Source of the DNA: Cystobasidiomycetes sp. EMM_F5
Taxonomy: Eukaryota
Length of the DNA stretch: 64,000 bases
Assembly: GCA_051047955.1 (NCBI GenBank)
Contig: JBPGPT010000017.1
Location: 62,001 to 126,000, forward strand
Direction: 5' to 3'
Shown here: positions 46,732-58,515 of the stretch, piece after piece
How positions within the stretch are numbered: the first letter of the stretch is position 1
Layout of the letters: every line of letters starts with the position of its first letter
Made by a program: the position numbers and the translations under genes
The notes under the pieces: model-generated
What the model was told of the DNA's origin: nothing
Databases searched by the model: none
Seen by the model: only the letters and a program-made list of their open reading frames with translations

Positions 46732-49258
46732 ATGAATCCCAACGCAAGCAACTTCAACTTTAGCGGAGGTGCAGCTCACTTTACGCCAGCCTCAGTGCGC
46801 CAGCCGCAGCAGCAAACGCCCCAAGCTGCACCCGACAACTGGGACGACGATGCAGCATACGGCAGCCAGCAGCAGCAGCCAGGCGTGAATGGGCAGCCAG
46901 CGTACGGCTACTACAACCAGTACGGGCAGCCGCAGCAGGGCTACTATGGCCAGCAGCAGCCTGGAGGCTACGGTGGATATGCAGGACAGCAGCAGCAATA
47001 CCCGCAAGCCCAGCAGTATGGCTACGCTCAGCAGCCGCAGTATGGCAGCCAGTACCCTCAGCAGCAGTACGGCCAGCAAGCGCAGCCGCCTCAATTCTAT
47101 CAAAGGCCAGCTCCGACCCTGCAAAGTCAGCCTGCCAGTCGCGACGAAGCGGGTGTAAGCTCGAGTTCAGCTCAGAAGGCTTCCTCTTCTTTGTCGGATA
47201 AACCAAAAGTCATCAGTCTCGGCGGTGGATCAGCGAAACCGCCTGCGCCTGCACAAACAGAAGCCAAAACTATTTCGTTGGGTTCTTCATCGAAAGCGCC
47301 GGCGAAAGATGACACTACTGCAACATCTCAGAAAGCAGACGAGTCTACGCCAAAGGCAGAAGCACCCTCATCGTCATCCGCCAACACCGCTACTGTATCT
47401 GCATCCACCAATGTCAGCGCCACTCCATCTGCAAAAGCCTCTGCCTCTACTCCTGCCTCGTCCGCATCAGCTGCAAAGAAGGCGAGCGCACCTGCAGCGT
47501 CCTCCTCTTCGTCAAACAGTCTCTCAGTCGGCACTGCAGCGCCAAAAGCAGAGAGGAGTGCCGATGCTATTGCCAAGCAGGTTGCGGCATTGGCGGATGA
47601 AGAGACGATGAAGGATCTATACGGAACAAATACAGATGATTTGGAAGGTCAAAAGGAGCATTTGAATATTGTCTTTATTGGACATGTCGAGTAAGTCTGG
47701 TCAATACGCTTGAGAGGACTGGATGCTAACGTCGATTCAATCAAAGTGCGGGTAAATCTACCATGGGTGGTCAGATCCTCGTACAATCTGGCATGGTGGA
47801 CAAGAGAACGTTGGAAAAGTTTGAAAAGGAAGCGAAAGAAGCCGGTCGAGATTCGTGGTATTTTTCATGGGCACTCGATTCTACCCCTCAAGAACGAGCA
47901 AAGGGCAAGACTGTCGAAGTTGGACGAGCGTACTTTGAAACAGACAAGCGACGATATACAATCTTGGATGCTCCTGGTCACAAATCCTTTGTCCCTTCCA
48001 TGATTTCCGGTGCCGCTCAAGCGGATGTGTCCATTCTAGTCATTTCTGCACGTAAAGGTGAATTTGAAACGGGTTTCGAAAAGGGTGGTCAAACGAGAGA
48101 ACACATTGTGCTCGTCAAGACGGCCGGCGTGCAAAAGATGATTGTCGCCATCAACAAGATGGACGAACCTACCGTACAATGGTCAAAAGAGCGGCAAGTC
48201 GAGAGATCTACATGCGCTCACGCGATCAATTATGACTGATGCGTTTTTTCATCGTCATCTGCAGATACGACGAGATCGTCGGCAAACTCACTCCCTTCCT
48301 GAAAGGCACCGGCTTCAACGTCAAGACCGAAGTCATATTTATTCCTGTATCTGGGTTTGCTGCGGCCAACATCAAAGACCCATTGGACAAGAAGACGTGT
48401 TCGTGGTACGATGGACCATCTCTTCTTCAGCTCCTTGACAATATGCAAATGGCCGATAGGAAGGTCAATGCACCCTTCATGATGCCCATTTCGGAAAAGT
48501 ACAAGGACATGGGTACTGTTATTGTCGGAAAGGTAGAGTCTGGGCGAGTGAGACGCGGAGATACAGTCATCATCATGCCAAACAAGGTATGTCGACAATC
48601 ATCATATTCTGCAGAGTTGCATTAACTAACGCTCGTCTCGACAGAATCAAGTCGAAGTCACAGGTATCACTTCGGAAAACGAGGAGGAAATCCAAGTCGC
48701 ACTTTGCGGTGACAATGTCCGGCTTCGTCTACGTGGCATTGACGATGAGGATATCAATGTCGGTTTCGTCATCACCGATACATTCAAGCCTGTCCATGCG
48801 GTGCAAGCCTTCGAGGCAGAGCTGGCTATTTTGGATCATAAAAATATCATCACTGCTGGCTACTCTGCTGTTATGCATGTGCATACAGTGGCAGAAGAAG
48901 TCAACCTCACCGTGAGCACTCACCGTTCGCGCACATGAGCGCAGCTTGTCTGACTCTTGATTCCATCAAGGCTTTGTTGCACTACTACGACAAAAAGACT
49001 GGCAGAAAATCGAGGAGGCCGCCTCAATTTGCAAAGAAGGGACAGAAGATCCTGGCACTCATCGAATCTGCGGGTCCGGTGTGCATTGAACGATTTGCAG
49101 ATTATCAGCAATTGGGCCGTTTCACTCTACGCGACGAAGGCAAGACTATCGCCATCGGCAAAGTGACAAAGCTTGTCGAACGAAGCGAGGATGTGCCAAA
49201 TGTGGCAACACTCAGCTTAGGCACGGCCGCCGCTACGGCTGGAATCAACGGGGCTTAA
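46732..49258 (+). CDS. SUP35: translation termination factor eRF3 with Q/Y/G/P-rich N-domain
   Basis: KEHLNIVFIGHVD|AGKSTMGG, ERAKGKTVEVGRAYFET, LDAPGHK, NKMDEP, LGRFTLRDEGKTIAIGKV; 4 introns, one GC-AG (48194-48264). Confidence 0.97.
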
Positions 49259-49499
49259 GGCAATTTGTGGACATTCAGTCACCGTCGTTACCGATGTGTA
49301 AATTGTAATATCAGGACAATGAATGCAGTAAAGCATCTGCACGACCGGTTTTCCCTTTTCATGAAGTGATAATGCTTATGCAGCTTTGCGTGTGTTGTAG
49401 TACTGACATTGATTGCTATGAAACATTCTGCGGGTATTCTTTGGCTAAGCTTCTGTCTTCGCCACTGGAGACAAATTACCGCGAGTCGACTCGCCCTTT

Positions 49500-52450
49500 T
49501 TAGTCAGAAATCGATTCGGAGGGATGACAGTAGTCGCAATCATCACCCTTGGTGTTGTCGAGAATATGGTCTCCACCCATGACAGTTCCTTCGGATGTTG
49601 AGGTCTGACCTCTCATCTTCTCCTGACGCGGATTGCCGGCACGCTGGAGGAGAAGATCCAGCTTGCGTCGAATGAGATTCTTCTCGTCTTCAGTACGACC
49701 GTCATTTCCATCCTCGTCGGCAAATCCCCAGATGTTGCTGAAATCCTTGTACGAGTCGGAGCCATCGGTCTGATGAATGACCATGCCCTTGAATAGATTC
49801 TGCACAAGGTCTTGGAGCTCGTCCTGACGGTGCTTCTCCGTCAATTCCTGACACTCTGGACAATTCGGTTCTTGACACTTGACAGTCGTCACAGTCTCCT
49901 CGATGATTGGCGCTCTGACGATAGTGGTATACGTAGTGGTTGTGATAGTTTCGCTAGCGGGATGACGCCTTCCTTCAAATATCTTTTCGATAAGCCCGTT
50001 CTCTGCAGCGTATTTGACCATTTCGCGCTTTTTTAGGCACTCTTGACACTGGCACTGCTGGCCATCTCCCTCCATCGGTCCAAACGGTTGGAGTAGCGAG
50101 ACACTGTCGGTGAATTCGCGACGACCGGTCTTTGTAGTGTTAGGGTCGTCTGAAGGTATCGGTGTCTCCCCAGCAGGATCAGCATAGTCGTAGCGCCACC
50201 CTTGACCGTGATTCTTGAGCGAATGCAAGCGACGGTCGCTCTGGACACATTCATCGCATACATGCGCTTGATACGTCACGAACATATATGGCGGAATGGC
50301 GCTACCAACATTACCGAAAGGCTCGCTTCCAGATTGGGATGTGACAGGGCCTGACTGGGTCGGACCGTCATTTGAGAAGGACGTTGGGTGTGGCATGTCG
50401 TGCCAGCGACTCTTCTTTGCTGCAAGCACTTGTGGCGGTTCAACGCGGTTCATTTGTTGTTCTGGGCCTTGTGTCTGATGACGTAGGATTTCAACCTGTG
50501 GCGCACCTCGAGACGCGCTATCAATCTGCGGCACCTCATGTTGATGACCGCTAGATTGCATATCCCTTGGCCCTCGTGGGCTACTTCCAACGACTGGAGG
50601 CACGTTTGGGAAGGCATGCGCTGTCGATGTAGCTGCTTACAGAGTGGTGTCAGCAATGGCAATGATTCACACGTAGCCCGCTTACCTGGGTCGTTGCGGT
50701 GCGTGTCATGCGTCTCATGTAATGGCGTGGGCGCTGGCTCAGCCACACCCATCCTCTCGCGCTGCTCACGAACCTGACTAGCAGGCAAATCATCACCAGT
50801 AGCATCCGGGCGGAGACTTGATTGAGCAGGGTATTCGATCGCTCCTTCTCTTGCAGCAAGGTCCCGCTGGTGTGCAATCTCGCTTGCCGGCAAATCTTGA
50901 CCCATATTCTCGGGCAATCTATGCTGCTCGTGCGGGATAGCTGCTGCTGCAACATGATGAGGCGTATTGCGAGTCTGTGATGGATTTCCAGAGTCTGCAC
51001 GTCGAGGAGTAGCAATGCCCTCGTCGAACGGAGTCGCTTCCTGTATGGTGGGAGTGGACATGTGCCCTGATGGAGTCTGAGCTGTGAGGCTCTGTCCGCT
51101 GTTGGCATGTCCTAGACCAGCCAAGCCACGCGGGCGGACACTAGAGTCTTCGCTCTGTCTTCCTACCATGTGCATCTGCTCTGTAAAGCGTGACTGCACA
51201 GGCGGGTTCTGTACATCCCGATCGTCATGAATGCCAGTCGTGCCAGGTGAGAGGATCATGCCAGCTCTACGGTCTCCTCGAGTAGGACTCTGTGGAACAC
51301 CTACTCGATTGCCATCATCAACCTCGCTCCATTCTTGGAAAGCTGGGACACCTTCTCGTCTCAGATCTCGCAGATTTGCGTCGTCAGTAGAGAAGCCCTC
51401 GCGTTGGTTTATAGCTTCTTGTCTTGCTGCCACGGGATCTGAGCGCTCTCCACGATGTCTGGTATGATAGACGGGGTTGATAGGCAGTGCCGAAGCTACA
51501 GGCGCGCCTGTAGAAACCCGTTGGGCTGGCGAAGTCACACTTTGTGCAGACGGGAATTCTCGCTGACCTGCGTTCGGCGAGACCTGACCGGCGGTACCCG
51601 AAGTAGGGTACATCTCCTGCTGAGGTGCTTGAGAAGCACTGGTGGTAGGTAATGTCCCGACTGCCGCAGCATATCCACCGCGATCCGGATACTGCACTGC
51701 AGGTACTCCGGCAGTTGGTGCAGCATATACTGGTGCAGGAGCAGTAAAAGCGGCGGGCTGAGTCTTCGGAGCAAATCTCGATCCAGCAGAGGTATCACGG
51801 CTTAGACCAGTGACACCGGTTTGTGGAGCTCCTCGCGGTGGCGAAGAAGCTTCACCACCCAGACCGGTGGCTCGGTAGATGCTGTCGTACTTCGGATCTT
51901 TGGTCGACAGCTTCCTGCCTAGGCTGGTCGAAGCGTTCCTGCTCAAATCTGTCGCATCGCTGCCCCACAGCCCACCACCTCCACCCATGGGAGTATAGAA
52001 ATTTTCAGCTTCGGGTGACGGAGGTGCAGCGTGTGCTGGTAATACGCCGGTCGTCATGTACCATCCTGCAGATTTTGGCGACGTAGAGACGCCCGACTTT
52101 GCCGGCTGGTAGCCCGTGATGTTGCTAGGGGCAATCGACGAAGAGTACTTTGCTGACGGACTGGCTCCACCGCGAGTCAATCGGTTACGACCATCGCTAA
52201 AACTGCTGCTAGTCGGTGGAGACGAGCCATACAGTGCTTCTGCCGCTGCACCGTGGATAATGGATTGAGCAGGCCGGGCTGTGCCTGGAATGGGTATACT
52301 GCTGCTCGGTACTCCGGCATTTGCCCCTCCTCTGGTAGGACTCGTTGGAATGGCAGAGGTGTTCTGCGTCGTGTTTGGCGAGCCGTAAGCATTCTCATTG
52401 CCTACAGACATGCCGCGATTACGCTCGGCGTCTTGCTGTCTGCGTTGCAT
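49500..52450 (-). CDS. large hypothetical disordered protein with Cys-cluster C-terminal region (2 exons)
   Basis: ORFs 50450-52450 and 49500-50603 joined in frame by a GTAAGC..CTGAC..CAG intron near 50633-50685. Confidence 0.65.
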
Positions 52451-53477
52451 GTGGGAATGTGCGTCCGCTGGATGAGGATCGTCGGATCCTACGCTACCTT
52501 CAACGTCTGCAGACTGGGATGCACCTGTGTGACAGTGTTTTCGGATGAAAACTGTACTGTCTGCGTCGCAGCGGGATGCGAGGCTGGAAGGGGTGTGTCA
52601 GATCAGACGCGACAGCTAAACAATGGACGGAAGTAGGTATTTGTATCGACGTAGATGAGGGAAGTGAGCGCAACAGAAACAAGTGACATTCCCGAGAAGC
52701 CACCAAGTGCAGTTTGCGCGTCGGAGTGGCAGCACACAAAGCGACGTCATTTGCAACCATAAATATCCGTTTCCAGAGCGTGCATCACAGGAGAGTGAGG
52801 GATAGACATCAGTGACTGTATCATGAGTTGAAGTGATGAGCTCTTGCTAACTGACCGTGCGATCCTCTGTCTCTTCTGAAGCTTGAAGACGATTCCTCTT
52901 GCACGACCGTTGACCGAAGGCTCGGAGTACTGCGCTTTTGACGAAGACAACCGCAACACTGGGCACTGAATCACAGCACAGATGCAGCGAAACCTCAGCA
53001 GATGTCCAGGAGCACTGTGCAGCTTCAGTTGGTGCAACGTCAACGGAAAGGCTGTTGTATGCATTTGATCGGCAGAAACGCGGGCAAAGCTGGATATGGC
53101 AGGAGAGACTGCCAGGTTTCCGGAAGAGTGCAACAGCGCGATAATCAATGGTCTTTTGCAATTGTGTAGAAGAGCTCTCGCATTACCAACTTATCGCAGC
53201 CTGAGCTAGGGTCGGTTGGATGTGTCGACCAGGCTCTGAAACACAAGTGCTGAGCTCGAGACACTGACATCAGCAGGACTCTAACAGCGTTGCGGCGTCC
53301 AACCTCGCATTGACGACGGCAACACTCCAGAAACTTCCACTGATATCACCGCAGAGCTAGCGCTTGCCGCGGTCTCAGCGTTGGCTCCCCTCAACCGTGA
53401 TTCCTCTCCCCTCCGCTCAACCCTGCTAAATCCCATAACACTTACTAAATCCCATTACAGCGACCTGCACTACAGAG

Positions 53478-54157
53478 ATGTCTGCTGAATACGATTCTAC
53501 TGATGCTGGAGAAACCATTGCGACCGAGGTGGGGCTTTTGCCATGCTGCCGCCCAGCCTACTCGTAATAGATCTAACTCGGCGAATCTTACAGGACGGCG
53601 GTGCATTAGGCTCTCCAGAGTACGCCTCGGACCAGGTCACAAGTAGCGAGGCATGTCCCCTGTCACCTTCTGTACCCTCTTCCATGCCTAACACTTCGCC
53701 TTGTTACCCGTTCACGCGCGCTCAGGCCCCATCTTCGAGCAACTACGATGTCACGAGCTCGGGTGTGAATGATCAGGTGGGTAATCATACACAACAGTAC
53801 GGGTTTCATGCATTCGAACAGATTACTGCAACAGGGCAATTCGTATGAGACACGGGACTATCCCGATATCGCTGGCAGTAATGACGCTTATCATTACGAG
53901 TGAGTGATTTACGGTAAGAGACCTGTGTAGAGTGTACTGAGAATCCCCTACACCTGCTACAGCAATAAGGATGGATCGTCATACGATGCATACCACGATG
54001 GCTCAAACAGTATGCCATTATGCTTCGCCAATCTCGGCTTAAATCTGCTACTGATACGTTCGCTATGCACGCAGACTTTACTACCACTTCCGGAAGCGAA
54101 CGCTACACTTCGGCTGATGGACAGGCGACTTGGTCATCTGGGCAGCAAACACAATGA
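53478..54157 (+). CDS. cassette gene A1: small uncharacterised 'YHY-DN' protein, 5 exons
   Basis: Exons 53478-53528, 53594-53776, 53835-53899, 53963-54009, 54075-54157, all GT-AG and in frame: ..YDVTSSGVNDQ|GNSYETRDYPDIAGSNDAYHYD|NKDGSSYDAYHDGSNN|FTTTSGSERYTSADGQATW.. Confidence 0.78.
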
Positions 54158-54307
54158 CGCATAATCATCCATGATATAGTGACGCTTCGAGTTCTATGAG
54201 GCTCTTTCATGCGTATCACAAACGCCTTTTGCTTGGTATGATTCGACAAGTCATAAAGGAAAACTGCAATCGTGTCAAACTCCTGTCATCCCTGTCGAAG
54301 CCCTCCT

Positions 54308-54994
54308 TTAAAGAGAATCTTGTCTCAAAAGCATTGCCGGCATGAAAGCATCGTTGAGTAGTATGGGCAACTGATTGCCACGGTCTCTATCATTTGACAG
54401 CAGCGGGCTGTCGGAGCGAGCTCGACGAACGTGATAATCGACGGAGAAGTGCGCAGGCTGCCGATAACCTCCATTTGCACTTTGTGATCTGCTAATTGTG
54501 TGAGGGACTTGTAAGTTGGTAGCGCGTTCTCTACCGTTCGATGTTTGGTGCGACGTTGACTTCACGATTGGTGATCTGCTGGGAGTTGGTACCTTTCCAG
54601 ATGGCTTACGCTCGACACTTCGTTTAGGCGCCGTAGACGGAACGACAGACTTACGAGAGGACTGCTGATATGCTACTTGTTTCGTGATTTTGTTGACCAC
54701 GACGCCGTTTTTCTTTTGCTTGAGCCTGAGTGCCAGTGCGTCACACAAGCTCTTTGCGCACATGTCTGTACAGAATATCCAATCATTCGGTAGGATCACA
54801 CCCGCGCTCAACGTGGTTGAAGTCTTGAAGAGATAGTCTTTTGCTGTCCTGGGGCACGACATGCATCGTACTGCCGGACCTCTGGGCCAATTGGCTGATT
54901 TGTTCTCGCACAGCTCTGCATCTATTGCTGCTTGAATAATGTTGCAAAGTGGATGCGAGTGAGTAGCTGTGGGGGCTGAAAGCTGCGAGGCCAT
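54308..54994 (-). CDS. cassette gene B1: intronless basic protein with putative C4 (TRASH/FCS-like) zinc finger
   Basis: RCMSC-x17-LPNDWIFCTDMCA; K/R/S-rich tail; paralog at 57181-57810. Confidence 0.75.
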   Translation of the reverse strand: MASQLSAPTATHSHPLCNIIQAAIDAELCENKSANWPRGPAVRCMSCPRTAKDYLFKTSTTLSAGVILPNDWIFCTDMCAKSLCDALALRLKQKKNGVVVNKITKQVAYQQSSRKSVVPSTAPKRSVERKPSGKVPTPSRSPIVKSTSHQTSNGRERATNLQVPHTISRSQSANGGYRQPAHFSVDYHVRRARSDSPLLSNDRDRGNQLPILLNDAFMPAMLLRQDSL

Positions 54995-55999
54995 CGTATG
55001 CAGCAGAGGAGCTCAATCTCGTGAGCGGGGAGATAGTGATGGAGCGGGAAGAGCAGATCTAGAGACAGATGAATGCAGGCAGATCAGGTAAAGTTAGCGA
55101 TGATGCGACTCCGGCAGTGGCGGGGAGCGAAGCCGTAAGAGTTGAGAGGAAGAGGAGTGAGGAGCCGCCTGCTGCCATAAGGCGGACGCTGTTGCACAGC
55201 GCGCATCGCCGTGGCTGTTTTTGTTCTTGCCACAATACTACCGCCCAAGGTACCCTAGACATACTGTCAGTGATGCCAGCGCCTATCGGTCTGCAGCAGA
55301 AGTGCGCTCAGGATAGAGGGGAGCTGAATGGAGACGACTTCATGAAGTTTTGAACGTATATGTACGCATCGGTCAGCTGCGCAGATTGTACTCACCTGAC
55401 CCGAGTCTGCTGTGTAAAGACGTAAGCCTTCGACGGTAACTCTATTCGAAGTCACTCGGATTATGCGCGGGGAGCAGAGCATTTTGCTCTCGAGAAGTAG
55501 GTCATGGAGGGAGATGGTTGGGCGAAAGCAACTTCAAGTTCTGACGACAACCGAAACATTTTGTGATAGCGCGCCGCTGTAGGTTCGAATGACTGATTTA
55601 ACTCGTTGTACTCAGCCTCCCTGAGTCTCTCGACCGCTGCTGCAACCACACAGACGTCTTTATCTTCGCCGTTGCAGGGTTACGGACGTCCTCACGTGGA
55701 CGTGAAGGACATATGATTGCCCTAGCTGTCTCATGGCTCTTGCCGGTCGACTCATGGTGGTACAGCCTGTAGATTACTGTAGAATGCAACCTGCAGCTAT
55801 CGTAGCAGATAGGGTGGCTCCCGGACGTGCTTTTGTTGAAAATTTGCGGGGCTCCGAACCAGATCACGTGTTGGCAATTAGAGCTCCCATTTTCAGTCGC
55901 ATCCGGGCTTTTGACGATAGCGACTTGGGCTCCTCTGCCCAAAGCCACCCTTTAGCTCACCTCCAATGCACACCTGACGACTCTTTGCTTGACTGCAGC

Positions 56000-56855
56000 A
56001 TGCCGCCAGTAACGCGCTCTCAATCACGGGCTTACAGCGTGAAAACGGAGGAGACGGAGATTGTCGTAAAGCTTGAGGAGATCAAACTCGAACCTACTGA
56101 TGTAGTCGTAACTACGTCCCCACCTGTACATTCTATCATTCCGAATCTTACAACATTATACTGACATTGACGTATTCTCTCCTCTCCTCTGCATTCAATC
56201 TCATCTTACACGCACAGGAATCACCCACGACGGCGCAAGTCGGCCCCGCTATATCTAACCTGAAGGCTATCCTCGAGTGTGCAGATCAGTCTCAGGTACG
56301 GCTTTCACTGACTGCATAAAGAGTTGATGTGCCAACCGTCTCTGTGGCTCGCAGTTTTATCGGACTGAGGTCGTTGAGGAGCCCCCTCCGGTATATTGCG
56401 ACTACCGTGTGCTTGGTAGCTATACGAATCGCCACGTAGGTCGCCTTACCGGCAAAATTTCGATGAACCTGATGAAACGCTCACCAATTTCACAGGGGAA
56501 TCTCGCCGAGAATCGATTTTATCCCACTATTCGCGGAAGTCGCTCATCGTATCATTACGAGTGCGTCTTACTTACTGTCGGCTGATAGCTTCGATCTCAG
56601 CTTAGGGCATTCACAGCAATTTGGACAAGTCACAGTACGACGCCTATCCCGATGGCGTTGATAGTGAGCTGCCGCAGTTGCCCTATGTCGGAATGAAGGT
56701 TCAGGCTAACTTATGACCATCCCGCAGTCTACACGGACCCTCGAGGAGGCTTTCACGTGCGAAAGATGACTGCAGATGGGCGGACACCCTGGATGGACGT
56801 GTGCTCACCACCTCGAATACCGGGTCGCAATCCTGAAGGCACGAGCTGGCAGTAA
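56000..56855 (+). CDS. cassette gene A2: paralog of A1, 6 exons
   Basis: Exons 56000-56125, 56218-56295, 56355-56435, 56496-56560, 56617-56663, 56728-56855: ..DYRVLGSYTNRH|GNLAENRFYPTIRGSRSSYHYD|NLDKSQYDAYPDGVDI|YTDPRGGFHVRKMTADGRTPW.. Confidence 0.78.
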
Positions 56856-57180
56856 TCAGGTCGAGTGATAGTAGCCTTGACAGGACTTGCCTGACACGAT
56901 CACACATTGATTATACAACGCTCTGTTGTGCGTATCACAACGGCTCTTTGTATACTCTCAATCGACTTGGCGCTAAATGACCACTGCACTCGTGTGACCT
57001 TGTGCTGAGCAAAATGTGTTTGGATTTTATTCCCAATATCGCGCCAAGCAAGCCGGCGCCTTGCCAACGTGACGTGAATCATGAAAGAGTTGATTTCTGC
57101 TTTCAACGTCGTCAACGGGAAAAGTGGCCTTTCCAAATCTAATTGACTTATCTGGTCTACTGCTATGAGGTGCTCACGCT

Positions 57181-57810
57181 TCACCAATAGAGACTCGTAT
57201 CTGCGGGAAGGAATTGTGGGAGCACGGCATCGTATCCGAAAGGCTTCAGGAATGATTGTGTAGATTGACGAGGCTCCTGCTGGCCACTCAAAGGCTTGGT
57301 ATAGGTATAGCGCACACTCGAAGGCTTGCGGACTTTTGACTGACCAATTGTGCGATGCAATTGAGCGTTTGTCAACCGCTGTTGCACTAATTCAGCGGAT
57401 TTAGGGATCTTCATGGCAGATTGTATTACAGAAATGTTCTGTAGAGGCTTGTGCGCAGCTTGTGCGCTACCTCTCATTCTCGCTGCCTCTTTTCTCTCCC
57501 TCTCCTGGCGGAACAGCCTTTGATGGGCCCTTATTTTGCACAGGAGGTAGCCAGCCCGCTGCACGGCGCATTTTTTTGTACAGAATACCCATCCTTGAGG
57601 AAGAACGTAAGGTTTTACCCATCCACCGCTAGCGTAGAACTGCTGGTCCTGGGTGCAGTTGGTACAGCTCGAGCAGCGCATCTCCTCGGCACCTTTGGCT
57701 AGCGTTGTCATTGCCTGAAGGTTGAGGGCGCATTTTGTAGCGACATAGAAGATATTCTGCTGCACCACGGGATTGTTGCGATACGCGCCTTCAATATCGA
57801 GCCACGTCAT
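57181..57810 (-). CDS. cassette gene B2: paralog of B1
   Basis: RCSSC..LPQGWVFCTKKCA; intronless; basic tail. Confidence 0.75.
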   Translation of the reverse strand: MTWLDIEGAYRNNPVVQQNIFYVATKCALNLQAMTTLAKGAEEMRCSSCTNCTQDQQFYASGGWVKPYVLPQGWVFCTKKCAVQRAGYLLCKIRAHQRLFRQERERKEAARMRGSAQAAHKPLQNISVIQSAMKIPKSAELVQQRLTNAQLHRTIGQSKVRKPSSVRYTYTKPLSGQQEPRQSTQSFLKPFGYDAVLPQFLPADTSLYW

Positions 57811-58515
57811 GATACAGTGATTGTATACGTGTACGAAGTGAAAGTGTGGACGTTATTGTCGCGGCAGCTTGTCTGCTCTCCTAGAAGTTCGAGAGCTCTT
57901 GGAGAGTGTGGAATTAGTTTGAATGAAAGCAAGATGTGTTCGAGCTCTTCACTTTTTCAACAGTGCGTTGGCACAGCCAGCACCGCAGGTACCGCGATAT
58001 TCAACTGTCGCATGTGAAGGGGGTGAGTGACGGATGAGATATCACACGCACGGAAGCAAGCATTTCGCATCGTCGGGAGTAACTCTCGTAGTCCGGCACT
58101 CACACCGCAATTGCGGCTTGCGGAGACGGGAGACGAACTGGGAGCAATCCGGCAGCTCGTTTGTCGACGGATATCGTTGGCTGTTGGATTCAGCATGAGT
58201 CAAAGCGCTTTAAGCCGTCAGGCAAGCAAAGTCAGGGGATCATGCTGTCCTGTGATATGCGTAGGCCTAGGAGTCTGGCGGGAGCGCTGCAGCTGGTGTA
58301 TACAAGGTCATTCAGCTGTGTCAAATGATGTTCGAACTACCTCACTGCTACGTTAGCCCGGTCAGCGTGAGCCAGCAACCCCCTAGCATACGTAAAAGGT
58401 GACTGTACAGTTTTAGGTGTCGCCCGTTATTTTTGCCACGCTAGCCCGCCTGAACGTGTTGCGAGGTCCGTTTACCCAGAGCCTTGTTGATCTCATCGCA
58501 CTGCCAGGTCGGAGC

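Noticed and set aside
47680..47760. Apparent GHVE substitution and stop in the SUP35 P-loop
   Set aside because: Intron artefact; splicing restores GHVDAGKS.
53000..58400. Mating-type locus (pheromone, receptor or homeodomain genes)
   Set aside because: I found no CAAX-terminated small ORF, STE3-like receptor or homeodomain motif.
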